A DNA stretch of 62,386 bases from an uncultured Candidatus Saccharibacteria bacterium (GCA_964440545.1 CAYTSO010000004.1:1-62386); one strand, 5' to 3'; shown: positions 49,370 to 57,316, counted from the stretch's first letter. A program made the numbers and translations. Notes: a model not told the origin generated them from the letters alone.

Positions 49370-49794
49370 AACCTTTCTGCTAATTCCCCCGCCTGTTTTT
49401 CAACCACTTCTTGATTCTTCAGCCATGTTTTTTCATTCCAAATTTCCACTCTGTCTTCCACTCCGATGATGGCTGCCTTGTCCTTAAGCCCAATTCTGTC
49501 CTTTAAAAAATCTGGAATTAAAATTCTACCGATTGAATCTATTTCTACTTCTGCTGCTCGACCAAACATGTATCGATTAAAACTTCTTTGGTCTGCTTTC
49601 AGAAAAGAAAGATCATTGCTACTGGTAGAAAGTCTCTGGCTTACCTTCACCCACTCTTTAGCTGTAAAAACGAACAAACAAGAATCTAAGCCGGGAGTAA
49701 TAATAATTTTCTTGCCCATTTCCTTTCGAAATTTTTTCGGCATTGATACTCTATTTTTTTCATCTATTGTGTGGATGTATTCGCCGATGAGCAT
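49366..49794 (-). CDS. mraZ: Transcriptional regulator MraZ
   Basis: Start trimmed to ATG 49794 (MLIGEYIHTIDEKNRVSMPKKFR). Two SpoVT/AbrB-like repeats. Confidence 0.9.
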   Translation of the reverse strand: MLIGEYIHTIDEKNRVSMPKKFRKEMGKKIIITPGLDSCLFVFTAKEWVKVSQRLSTSSNDLSFLKADQRSFNRYMFGRAAEVEIDSIGRILIPDFLKDRIGLKDKAAIIGVEDRVEIWNEKTWLKNQEVVEKQAGELAERL

Positions 49795-49924
49795 AAGTTT
49801 AAAAAAATTACTTATTAACAGATTTCCCACTTTTTCCCACTTAGTTAACATTATAAACCACCAATATATTATGACCAAATAAAAACTGTGGATAACTCTC
49901 CAAGGATTCAAGAACAATAATTTA

Positions 49925-49953
49925 TTGACTAATATCCTGGAATGTGACATATT
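49925..49953 (+). promoter_or_regulatory. Sigma70-type promoter with an extended -10 (cassette 7), divergent from mraZ
   Basis: TTGACT (49925-49930), 17-nt spacer ending in TGa, CATATT (49948-49953). Confidence 0.5.
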
Positions 49954-49975
49954 TTCACTGAAAGGAGACTGTGAA

Positions 49976-50113
49976 ATGTTTATGTTCGTTGTAACTATGG
50001 GTGTGTTCTTTTTGGCAACCAAGGCCTTGACGACCTTTGTGATTTTTGCCGGAGTAATCGTGTGGAAAATTGGTTTTGATATCCTTGGGGTTGACCACGA
50101 TTCCCCTATCTAA
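49976..50113 (+). CDS. Orphan 45-aa hydrophobic (two-TM-like) micro-protein
   Basis: AAAGGAG, then 7 nt, then ATG 49976. MFMFVVTMGVFFLATKALTTFVIFAGVIVWKIGFDILGVDHDSPI. Confidence 0.45.
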   Translation: MFMFVVTMGVFFLATKALTTFVIFAGVIVWKIGFDILGVDHDSPI

Positions 50114-50125
50114 GGAGGTAATGTG

Positions 50126-50317
50126 ATGGTACTAGAGATAATTTGGCCCACGAAGAGGTTCTTTAATTCAGCGCAGGTTGCGAAGCTTCTCGGAAAACCA
50201 GTAAACCCAGAGAACGCTTTCCGACCCGAGATTCTTCAGATTCGGGGAGGAAACGACGAGGACATCAAAATTTTAACAGACCCCGAAAACGGGTTCAGGG
50301 TGAAAAAAGTCACCTAG
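50126..50317 (+). CDS. Orphan 63-aa protein (possible small HTH: FFNSAQVAKLLGKP)
   Basis: AGGAGG (50113-50118) overlaps the upstream stop, then 7 nt, then ATG 50126. The track start is GTG 50123. Confidence 0.5.
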   Translation: MVLEIIWPTKRFFNSAQVAKLLGKPVNPENAFRPEILQIRGGNDEDIKILTDPENGFRVKKVT

Positions 50318-50329
50318 AAAGGGGGCAGA

Positions 50330-50449
50330 ATGGTATGGTTTCTACTTGGCGTGCTAGTTGTTTTCATTCTAGCCGCCATCGCAGAAAAGCAAGGCAAAGC
50401 AACAGAAACGGGGGCGTACGATACCCCCCTGATTGACTTCGAAAAGTAA
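50330..50449 (+). CDS. Orphan 39-aa single-TM micro-protein
   Basis: AAAGGGGG, then 4 nt, then ATG 50330. MVWFLLGVLVVFILAAIAEKQGKATETGAYDTPLIDFEK. Confidence 0.4.
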   Translation: MVWFLLGVLVVFILAAIAEKQGKATETGAYDTPLIDFEK

Positions 50450-50461
50450 ATATTGTAAATT
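50433..50461 (+). promoter_or_regulatory. Candidate internal sigma70 promoter placing a TSS at the first base of hairpin 1
   Basis: TTGACT (50433-50438), 17-nt spacer, TAAATT (50456-50461). Position +7 is 50468. Confidence 0.4.
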
Positions 50462-50467
50462 CTTTCT

Positions 50468-50539
50468 GTGGGGAATCCCGCACCAAGATGGGGCGAGTAC
50501 GGACAGCGTCCGTGACGATTCTATCGCGGGATTCCCCAC
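50468..50539 (+). repeat. Inverted repeat / hairpin 1
   Basis: GTGGGGAATCCCGC (50468-50481) and GCGGGATTCCCCAC (50526-50539) are perfect reverse complements. An inner hairpin ACGGAC-AGC-GTCCGT is present. Confidence 0.9.
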
Positions 50540-50559
50540 GCCAATGTTCCTTCCCTTGT

Positions 50560-50627
50560 GCGGGGAATCCTGGAATCATACGGGCCTTGTTCCCCCCAAG
50601 GTCCCCCCGGGTTCTGGGATTCCCCGC
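50560..50627 (+). repeat. Inverted repeat / hairpin 2
   Basis: GCGGGGAATCC (50560-50570) and GGATTCCCCGC (50617-50627) are perfect reverse complements. An inner helix GGGCCTTG/CAAGG(T)CCC is present. Confidence 0.9.
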
Positions 50628-50665
50628 TCCAACGCTCTTATTCAGAGCTAAATCTAAAAATAAAC

Positions 50666-50690
50666 GCCTCGCTTTTGCGAGGCTTTTTTT
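50666..50690 (+). terminator. Intrinsic terminator of cassette 7 / the hairpin RNA
   Basis: GCCTCGC-TTTT-GCGAGGC followed by TTTTTTT. Confidence 0.75.
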
Positions 50691-50709
50691 ATTTATATAT
50701 CACATAAAA

Positions 50710-50734
50710 CTGAAGGAAATCGGACTTCCTTCAG
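50710..50734 (-). terminator. Intrinsic terminator of lysS
   Basis: CTGAAGGAA/TTCCTTCAG 9-bp stem followed on the minus strand by TTTTAT. Confidence 0.6.
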
Positions 50735-50740
50735 CAGAAA

Positions 50741-52198
50741 TTATTCCTTTGGTCGCATTAGTGGGAACAACTGAGTTTCCCGAACCGGCTTATCAACCAG
50801 AAAAGCAAAAAGGCGTTCACCAAAACCAAAACCAAAACAAGGTGGCATCCCATATTCAAGCATTTCTACAAACTCCATATCAGGCATCATTGCCTCCTCG
50901 TCTCCTTTTTCAATTAATTTTTTTTGTACCTCAAAACGTTCCTCTTGGTCGAGAGGGTCATTCAGTTCAGCATGTGCCCGGCCAATTTCACTTCCGGCAA
51001 TAATTACCTGGAACATTTCTGTCTTGCGACTATCCTTTGGATTTTCCTTAGAAAGCGGGGCAACAAGTTTCGGGTGATTCATCAGAAAAGCTGGACCAGA
51101 AATATTTTTCCGACAATATTTCCACAAAGAATCCGTCATCCTTTCTTTGTTTTTTCCTTCAAATTCTACCCCGAGTTTTTTCAGTGTATCTTCCATTTTT
51201 TCTTCATCGTCCTCCAATACATCAATACCGGTTTGTTTTTTAACCTCCTCTACATAATCTATTTCCTGCCAGTCGCCTGCCAAATCAAACTTGTGTCCCC
51301 TTGTTTGAAATTCTGTTTTTCCGAAAACTTCTTTTGCTATTTTTATATATAAATCCCGCACCATTTTTTTTCCTTCATCTGTGTTTAGATAAGAAGCATA
51401 AAATTCCATATTGGTGAATTCCTGAAGATGCTCAGCGCTTCCTCCTTCATTTCTGTAAACTCTTCCGATTTCAAAAGTTTTCGGAAAACCAGCGGCCATT
51501 AATCTTTTTTGCCAAAGTTCTCCTACGGAAATTCTTAAATATACATCCAGATCAAAATCACTATGGTGAGTTTTAAATGGTCTAGCTTCTGCTCCACCGG
51601 TAGTTAATTCAAGAGTTGGTGTTTCCACTTCCAAAAATCCCCTTTCTTTTAGAAAATTTCTAGTAACTTCCCAGAACTTTTCCTTCTTTTCAAAGACTTC
51701 CTTGATTTCGGGACTCATTAAAATATCTAGATACCTTTTTCGAAATCTTTCCTCTGGGTCAGTAAGCCCGTGCCATTTTTCCGGCAAGGGACGCAGGCTT
51801 TTTGACAACATGCCCCAATCTTTTATTTCCAACGTCTTTTCTCCCCTATTTGTTTTAAAAAAGGTTCCTTGAATTTCTATAAAATCTCCGATGTCAATTA
51901 CTTCATTCCACAAATCAAATTTTTCATCGCCGACGATATCTTTCTTGAGTAATCCTTGGAAGCTCCCCGTTCCATCATTTAAGGTGATAAAAATAATTGC
52001 CCCCTGTCCACGAATAGACATTATTCTTCCGGCAATCCATTTTGCGTCCTTTTTATTTTCCAGAATCTCAAAATTGTCAATCGCTGTTTTAAGCGTTATT
52101 TCCCTTTTGGAAAATGCCGGATAGGGATTTATCCCTTTATCCTTTAGGAGTTTAAGTTTTTCAATTCTCGTGTCCCTAATTTCATCAATTGAAGACAT
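50741..52198 (-). CDS. lysS: Lysine--tRNA ligase (class II)
   Basis: 485 aa; OB anticodon-binding domain plus class II core (FRNEG-like YRNEGGS). Confidence 0.95.
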   Translation of the reverse strand: MSSIDEIRDTRIEKLKLLKDKGINPYPAFSKREITLKTAIDNFEILENKKDAKWIAGRIMSIRGQGAIIFITLNDGTGSFQGLLKKDIVGDEKFDLWNEVIDIGDFIEIQGTFFKTNRGEKTLEIKDWGMLSKSLRPLPEKWHGLTDPEERFRKRYLDILMSPEIKEVFEKKEKFWEVTRNFLKERGFLEVETPTLELTTGGAEARPFKTHHSDFDLDVYLRISVGELWQKRLMAAGFPKTFEIGRVYRNEGGSAEHLQEFTNMEFYASYLNTDEGKKMVRDLYIKIAKEVFGKTEFQTRGHKFDLAGDWQEIDYVEEVKKQTGIDVLEDDEEKMEDTLKKLGVEFEGKNKERMTDSLWKYCRKNISGPAFLMNHPKLVAPLSKENPKDSRKTEMFQVIIAGSEIGRAHAELNDPLDQEERFEVQKKLIEKGDEEAMMPDMEFVEMLEYGMPPCFGFGFGERLFAFLVDKPVRETQLFPLMRPKE

Positions 52199-52228
52199 TT
52201 TTTATTTTTCTCCGCAGCCGCGGAAATT

Positions 52229-52696
52229 TTAAGAAACACTTATTATTTTATAATCAACTGAACCATTTGGAGTTTTGAAAGAGGCATTTTCCCCTTTCCT
52301 TTTTCCGAAGAGAGCTAAACCGATGGGTGAGCGATTTGAAATTTTTCCTTTTGCCATGTCTGCCTCTTCAGATCCTACTATAACATAATTTTTCTGTTCT
52401 TGAGAACCCTTTTTTTGCACAACAACTTTGGAGCCAATGCCAACAATATCACCACCGCCGCCTTTGACAATCTGAGCGGATTGTAGGATTTTTTCTATCT
52501 TTTGAATACGTTCTTCCAATTTGCCTTGTTCCTCGCGAGCTTGATGATATTCCGCATTTTCTGAAAGATCTCCAAGGGACTTAGCGTACTCTAAATTTTC
52601 CAGAATTTCTTTTCTTTCCGTGCCCTTTAAGTGTTTCAGTTCTGCCAACAGAGCTTCTTTTTTTTCTTCAGTTATATAATTATCTGTTTTGTCCAT
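52229..52696 (-). CDS. greA: Transcription elongation factor GreA
   Basis: 155 aa with acidic coiled-coil tip DLSENAEYHQARE. Confidence 0.95.
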   Translation of the reverse strand: MDKTDNYITEEKKEALLAELKHLKGTERKEILENLEYAKSLGDLSENAEYHQAREEQGKLEERIQKIEKILQSAQIVKGGGGDIVGIGSKVVVQKKGSQEQKNYVIVGSEEADMAKGKISNRSPIGLALFGKRKGENASFKTPNGSVDYKIISVS

Positions 52697-52724
52697 AAAT
52701 TTATTAATTCGCCTAATAAACGAG

Positions 52725-52754
52725 AAACATAAACAAGCGGAGCTGTTTATGTTT
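52725..52754 (-). promoter_or_regulatory. Perfect 11-bp hairpin in the greA leader
   Basis: AAACATAAACA (52725-52735) and TGTTTATGTTT (52744-52754). Lies downstream of promoter TTGACT-N16-TAATAT (52781-52808). Confidence 0.35.
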
Positions 52755-52780
52755 AGTCGTCTTAATATGTAGTTGTATAT

Positions 52781-52808
52781 ATATTATATTTTTTTACAAA
52801 AAAGTCAA
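52781..52808 (-). promoter_or_regulatory. Sigma70-type promoter of greA
   Basis: On the minus strand: TTGACT (52808-52803), 16-nt spacer, TAATAT (52786-52781). Confidence 0.45.
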
Positions 52809-52814
52809 CAATAA

Positions 52815-53729
52815 TTAGTAATAATTTTTTGACAAGTAAGCTCTTCCTGAGTCCGCAAAAACAACAACGACTAAATCGTCTTTATTGAGTTTAGTAGCAT
52901 AATCTTGGACTGCGTGAGCCACTGCCCCTCCGCTGGTTCCGAGGAAGAGTCCATGCTTCGAGGCCATAATTTTTAGCATGGCAAAGCTTTGCTCATCTGA
53001 AACCGGAATAAATTCATCTATCACCGACTCATCAAGACAGGGCGTTTCAAAATCAATTCCGATACCTTCCATCTTATACGGCTTTGGATTCCCTTTTGTG
53101 GAATGAAAAGAGTTGGCAACATCGACAGCGATAATCTTAATTTTAGGATTTTTTTCTTTCAAAAATTTCCCAACTCCACTAATTGTTCCACCGGTTCCCG
53201 CAGCAGCAAAAAAATGAGTAATCTTTCCGTTGGTCTGTTGCCATATTTCTGGTCCTAGTGTTTCATAATATGCTTGTGGGTTAGAAAGATTGAAGTATTG
53301 GTTCGGAACAAATGAGTTTGGTATTTCCTTTTGAAGTCGAAACGGTCTAGTATGATAATTTTCTGGATCGTCTAAATCAACGTTGGGACACATAACGTCT
53401 TTCGCCCCGTATGCCCTTAAGGTTTTTATTTTTTCCTCGCTTACTTTATCTGAAACAGTAATAATGACCTTGTACCCTTTTACCGCCCCTATCATTGCTA
53501 TGGCAACTCCTTGATTTCCGGAAGAAGCCTCAATAATTGTGCTACCTGGCCTAAGTAATCCATTTTTTTCGGCCTCCTCAATCATGAAAAGTGCAGAGCG
53601 ATCTTTTACGCTACCACCCGGATTCATATATTCTAACTTCGCAAAAATTTCTGCAGCAGCATCAAAGGGAACTTTTACCAGAGGTGTGTTGCCTATTGCG
53701 TCAAGTAAATTATTCGTTGGTTTCCTCAT
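52815..53729 (-). CDS. PLP-dependent cysteine synthase family protein (CysK/CysM/CBS-like)
   Basis: PLP-Lys motif GGSVKDR; glycine loop GTGGTISG. Start trimmed to ATG 53729. Confidence 0.8.
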   Translation of the reverse strand: MRKPTNNLLDAIGNTPLVKVPFDAAAEIFAKLEYMNPGGSVKDRSALFMIEEAEKNGLLRPGSTIIEASSGNQGVAIAMIGAVKGYKVIITVSDKVSEEKIKTLRAYGAKDVMCPNVDLDDPENYHTRPFRLQKEIPNSFVPNQYFNLSNPQAYYETLGPEIWQQTNGKITHFFAAAGTGGTISGVGKFLKEKNPKIKIIAVDVANSFHSTKGNPKPYKMEGIGIDFETPCLDESVIDEFIPVSDEQSFAMLKIMASKHGLFLGTSGGAVAHAVQDYATKLNKDDLVVVVFADSGRAYLSKNYY

Positions 53730-53785
53730 AATATTAAATATATCATCTTGATTAAATAATGCCAGTGTGATAATCTTTTTATTAT

Positions 53786-54019
53786 ATGGCAAAAACAGTT
53801 ATAGAAGTTAAAAAAAATCCTAACGAAAATAACGCGAGTGTTTTGCGTCGTTTTTCTAGGCGAATCCAGGAATCTGGAATTGTCCGCAAAATTAAGGGCT
53901 CTCGCTATAGTATGAGAAAAGAGTCAAAGCTCAAAATAAAGAAAAGCGCCCTAAAGAAAATGGAAAGAAGAAAGGAAATAGAAAAACTCCGAAAACTAGG
54001 AAAGATGGGGTCCAGGTAA
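53786..54019 (+). CDS. rpsU: 30S ribosomal protein S21
   Basis: 77 aa, very basic; LRRFSRRIQESGI. Confidence 0.9.
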   Translation: MAKTVIEVKKNPNENNASVLRRFSRRIQESGIVRKIKGSRYSMRKESKLKIKKSALKKMERRKEIEKLRKLGKMGSR

Positions 54020-54030
54020 TTTCTAACGGG

Positions 54031-54429
54031 ATGGAAGACCAATTTTCTCTGATAAACCAAACTAAACTAGCCTTGCCTGTTGAAAGGCAAACCTTACAAA
54101 AAATCAAAAATGACATTTTGGGGGAAAAATATTCTCTTTCTATTGCTTTTGTTGGCAACAAGCAATCTCAAAAAATTAACAAAAATTACAGAAAAATAAA
54201 TAGTGCCACCAACGTTCTGTCTTTTGTGTTAAACAAAAATGTAGGCGAAATTATAATATGTCCAAGCCTTGTCAAAAAGGAAACAAAAAAGTTCGGCAGA
54301 AATTTTGAGCAGTTGCTGGGCTTGTTAGTTATCCACGGAATGCTTCATTTAAAGGGGTATGAGCACGGCGCAAAGATGGAAGAAATGGAAGAAAAATACT
54401 TGTCTCGTACTAAATTTTTAAAGAAGTGA
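54031..54429 (+). CDS. ybeY: rRNA maturation RNase YbeY
   Basis: HGMLHLKGYEH zinc motif. Confidence 0.9.
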   Translation: MEDQFSLINQTKLALPVERQTLQKIKNDILGEKYSLSIAFVGNKQSQKINKNYRKINSATNVLSFVLNKNVGEIIICPSLVKKETKKFGRNFEQLLGLLVIHGMLHLKGYEHGAKMEEMEEKYLSRTKFLKK

Positions 54430-54468
54430 TATAATAATGATATTAAAAATTAAAATTTTAGTATCGGG

Positions 54469-55632
54469 ATGATAAGAAATATTTCTGTCGGAATAGACAT
54501 AGGGTCGTCCACAACACGAGTCGTGGTCGGAGAATTTTTAAAGGGAGAAAAAAATCCTAGAATCATTGGCGCTGGCGAAAGTCCTACCCTTGGACTTAGA
54601 CATGGTTATGTAGTGAATGAAACTCAAGCAACAAACTCAGTAAAAAACGCCATACAAATGGCAGAAAAATTTTCAGGAATAAAAATAAAACGCGCTTTTG
54701 TTTCACTTTCCGGAACTACCCTGCGCGGAGAAACTAATTCTGGAGAAACAATAATTTCCAAAGCAGACGGCGAGGTAACAAATTTAGACATTACCAAAGT
54801 ACTACAAGATTGTGAGGATAATTTAAGCACGGGCAATAAAAAAATTATTCATATGTACCCATCCTCCTTTCGACTTGATGGAAAAGAGGTATTGGGACGA
54901 CTAGAGGGAATGCGAGGGACAAAACTTGAAGCAAAAGCCTATTTTGTCACTTATTCTATGGTTCATTTGGAGGATTTGCTGGGTGTCATTGCCGGAGCTG
55001 GGGTAGAAACAACGGACGTAATCGCTTCGCCGGTTGCTGCCGGTAATTTTGTTTTATCTGAAAAACAGAAAGTTGTCGGGGTAGCTCTTGTTAATATCGG
55101 AGATCAAACTACTTCCCTTTCGGTTTTTGAAAATGGTTCATTGATATCAATTCGTTCATTTTCCATAGGTTCCTCTGACATAACCAATGACATTGCCCTT
55201 GGTTTTAAAATACCATTAGAAAAAGCTGAGGAAATGAAACTTGGAAACTACGGTGAAGAATTCTCAAAGAAAAAACTTGATGAAATTATCGAAGCGCGCC
55301 TTTGCGATATTTTTGAGTCAATTGAAAATAATTTAAAGAAAATAAAAAGAGCTGAGTTGTTACCAGCCGGTATTGTTTTCATCGGTGGTGGAGCAAACAT
55401 TCCAGGCCTTGTTGAATTGTCAAAATCTGTTTTAAAACTTCCTTCCAGTATCGGCACCACTGATATTTTTGGCAACAATAAAACTAAGCTTCGGGACCCT
55501 TCTTGGTTTACCGCCTTGGGTCTTTTAATTTCCGGCAAGGACGGCGTAAATTATTCTGACGGTTCTCTAAAAAACATTTTTAAAGATCTAAAAAACACAA
55601 TAAAATCAGGAATAAAACAACTAATGCCGTAA
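54469..55632 (+). CDS. ftsA: Cell division protein FtsA
   Basis: Actin-fold motifs VGIDIGSSTTRVVV and NIGDQTT; lies upstream of ftsZ. Confidence 0.9.
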   Translation: MIRNISVGIDIGSSTTRVVVGEFLKGEKNPRIIGAGESPTLGLRHGYVVNETQATNSVKNAIQMAEKFSGIKIKRAFVSLSGTTLRGETNSGETIISKADGEVTNLDITKVLQDCEDNLSTGNKKIIHMYPSSFRLDGKEVLGRLEGMRGTKLEAKAYFVTYSMVHLEDLLGVIAGAGVETTDVIASPVAAGNFVLSEKQKVVGVALVNIGDQTTSLSVFENGSLISIRSFSIGSSDITNDIALGFKIPLEKAEEMKLGNYGEEFSKKKLDEIIEARLCDIFESIENNLKKIKRAELLPAGIVFIGGGANIPGLVELSKSVLKLPSSIGTTDIFGNNKTKLRDPSWFTALGLLISGKDGVNYSDGSLKNIFKDLKNTIKSGIKQLMP

Positions 55633-55664
55633 AAACTTTACTTTTTTCGGCTTTCTGTTAATGT

Positions 55665-56858
55665 ATGGTTATGCCAAAAGTAAACCAAGAAATACAAAGT
55701 TTTGCTCGCATTATGGTAATCGGAATCGGAGGATCTGGAAAAAACGCAGTGAACCATATGATAAATACAAAAGTTAAAGGTGTCTCATTTATTTGCATGA
55801 ATACGGACACGCAAGACTTGCATCACTCCCTCGCAGAGAAAAAAATTCACATTGGAAAAAATTTAACGAAAGGTCTCGGCGCTGGCATGGACCCAGAAAT
55901 TGGAAAGAAGGCGGCTGAAGAAACTAAATCAGAAATTCAAGATGTCGTGAAGGGCGCGGACATGATTTTTCTTGCTTGCGGCATGGGTGGAGGCACTGGC
56001 ACAGGAGCCGCGCCAATAGTTGCACGGGCAGCCAAAGAACAAGGAATTCTTACTGTTGCCGTTACCACAAAACCTTTCTTTTTTGAAGGAAACCACCGAA
56101 TGAAAATAGCGGAAAAAGGAATAGAGGAATTAGCAAAAGAAGTAGATGCAATAATCATCATTCCAAATGATAAATTGCTTCAACTAGCCGAGCAAAGCAC
56201 CAATTTTAAAGATGCTTTTGCTAGGTGTGATGATATTTTGCGCCAAGCAGTAGAGGGTATTTCTGACCTAATTACAACTCCAGGCGTTATAAACGTTGAC
56301 TTTGCGGACATTAAAGCAGTAATGGCTAACGCAGGCTCAGCTCTTATGGGAATAGGTAGCGCTTCTGGCGAAAAAAGAGCTGAAAAAGCAGCCCTTTCTG
56401 CCATTAATTCTCCCCTTTTGGAGGTTTCTATCCATGGAGCAAAGGGAGTACTTTTTGCTATTTCCGGTGGAGATGATTTGACTATCAATGAGATCCAGGA
56501 GGCAGCAAAGATAATCACTGAATCAATTGACAAAGACGCTCGGGTTATTTTCGGAACAATTCGCGATGAAAAATTAAAAAAGGGTGAGATAAAAGTGACA
56601 GTTATCGCCACCAACTTCCCTGCTGACCTTCCTCGTAAAAATCTTTTTAGTGGAACAGCAACTGGAAATCAATTAGTAAAAAACGAGAATCCTGCTGTAA
56701 TAAAAAAAGAAATACACAATAGTATTCAAAATGGAAACGCAAACGGTGGAGATTTTTTTAAAAAAGTAGAAAAAAAGGAAGTGAAAGAGGAAATTATTGA
56801 AGATGACGGAGATGATTGGAGCGCTGTTCCTGCCTTTCTAAGACGAAAGAAAAATTAA
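55665..56858 (+). CDS. ftsZ: Cell division GTPase FtsZ
   Basis: GIGGSGKNAV; tubulin signature GGGTGTGAAP. Confidence 0.97.
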   Translation: MVMPKVNQEIQSFARIMVIGIGGSGKNAVNHMINTKVKGVSFICMNTDTQDLHHSLAEKKIHIGKNLTKGLGAGMDPEIGKKAAEETKSEIQDVVKGADMIFLACGMGGGTGTGAAPIVARAAKEQGILTVAVTTKPFFFEGNHRMKIAEKGIEELAKEVDAIIIIPNDKLLQLAEQSTNFKDAFARCDDILRQAVEGISDLITTPGVINVDFADIKAVMANAGSALMGIGSASGEKRAEKAALSAINSPLLEVSIHGAKGVLFAISGGDDLTINEIQEAAKIITESIDKDARVIFGTIRDEKLKKGEIKVTVIATNFPADLPRKNLFSGTATGNQLVKNENPAVIKKEIHNSIQNGNANGGDFFKKVEKKEVKEEIIEDDGDDWSAVPAFLRRKKN

Positions 56859-56879
56859 AATTTTGTTATAAAAAGTTTA

Positions 56880-56926
56880 AGGCCTCACGAAGCATGTTGC
56901 TCCGCGAGGCCTGATTTTTTATTTTT
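56880..56926. terminator. Intrinsic terminator shared by ftsZ (+) and cassette 8 (-)
   Basis: AGGCCTC...GAGGCCT extended hairpin (56880-56912) followed by a T-run. Confidence 0.7.
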
Positions 56927-57176
56927 TCGCTTTACTCCTTCTTCTCCCGAGCCCACCTTGGCTTTTGGGACACTGGCAGATGCCAGCGATGTGGAGCCGT
57001 CCGCCAGCGACCCAATATGGAAATTTTGGTTTGTCATTGCCACTCTTCCGTGGCTCAGAGTCACCCTTGGGAGAAAAATGCCTCTGCAGAACCAACTCGC
57101 CATAGCTCAGTCTCTCCGCCATTCTTCTTCCTCCTTCTCCAAACCAGCTTACCTCCTCTGTTAAAGCGTATAACAT
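56919..57176 (-). CDS. Orphan basic small protein (85 aa, or 67 aa from ATG 57122), GC-rich cassette
   Basis: SD AAGGGGGA plus 5 nt for ATG 57176, and GGAGG plus 7 nt for ATG 57122. ...MAERLSYGELVLQRHFSPKGD...CQCPKSQGGLGRRRSKAKK. Confidence 0.5.
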   Translation of the reverse strand: MLYALTEEVSWFGEGGRRMAERLSYGELVLQRHFSPKGDSEPRKSGNDKPKFPYWVAGGRLHIAGICQCPKSQGGLGRRRSKAKK

Positions 57177-57258
57177 TGTGATCCCCCTTTCCGTGAATCC
57201 ATATATTAACACGCCCCGCAGGACGAGAGATTTAAAAGAACGAAATATATTAGCCAAT

Positions 57259-57287
57259 ATCTTAACAAAAAAATGGCCTTTTGTCAA
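57259..57287 (-). promoter_or_regulatory. Sigma70 promoter with an extended -10 (cassette 8)
   Basis: On the minus strand: TTGACA (57287-57282), 17-nt spacer ending in TGt, TAAGAT (57264-57259). Confidence 0.55.
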
Positions 57288-57310
57288 AAGCTTGACGTAT
57301 AGTGTATAAT
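57281..57310 (+). promoter_or_regulatory. trxB promoter (leaderless candidate). Its -35 overlaps the -35 of the divergent cassette-8 promoter.
   Basis: TTGTCA (57281-57286), 18-nt spacer, TATAAT (57305-57310), 6 nt, ATG 57317. Confidence 0.45.
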
Positions 57311-57316
57311 TAAAAG

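Larger units (their letters stand above)
50468..50690 (+). ncRNA. Unclassified GC-rich RNA made of two tandem long hairpins plus a terminator (stand-alone sRNA or structured 3' UTR of cassette 7)
   Basis: I counted 108/180 G+C (60%) for 50461-50640. Hairpin 1 has a 14-bp perfect stem and hairpin 2 an 11-bp perfect stem. There is no SD-preceded ORF. Confidence 0.45.

Noticed and set aside
50468-50627. CRISPR mini-array reading of the GGGGAATCC-containing repeats
   Set aside because: The four copies alternate in orientation (inverted, not direct). Spacing is irregular (58, 34 and 57 nt between repeat starts). There are only two units, and no cas genes or leader are present.
50433-51003. Protein-coding reading of the hairpin region (track ORFs 50433-50651, 50488-51003 and 50364-50579 minus)
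   Set aside because: All three frames are open simply because the region is GC-rich. None has an SD, one needs a TTG start, and one runs antisense into lysS. The perfect arm complementarity argues for a structured element instead.
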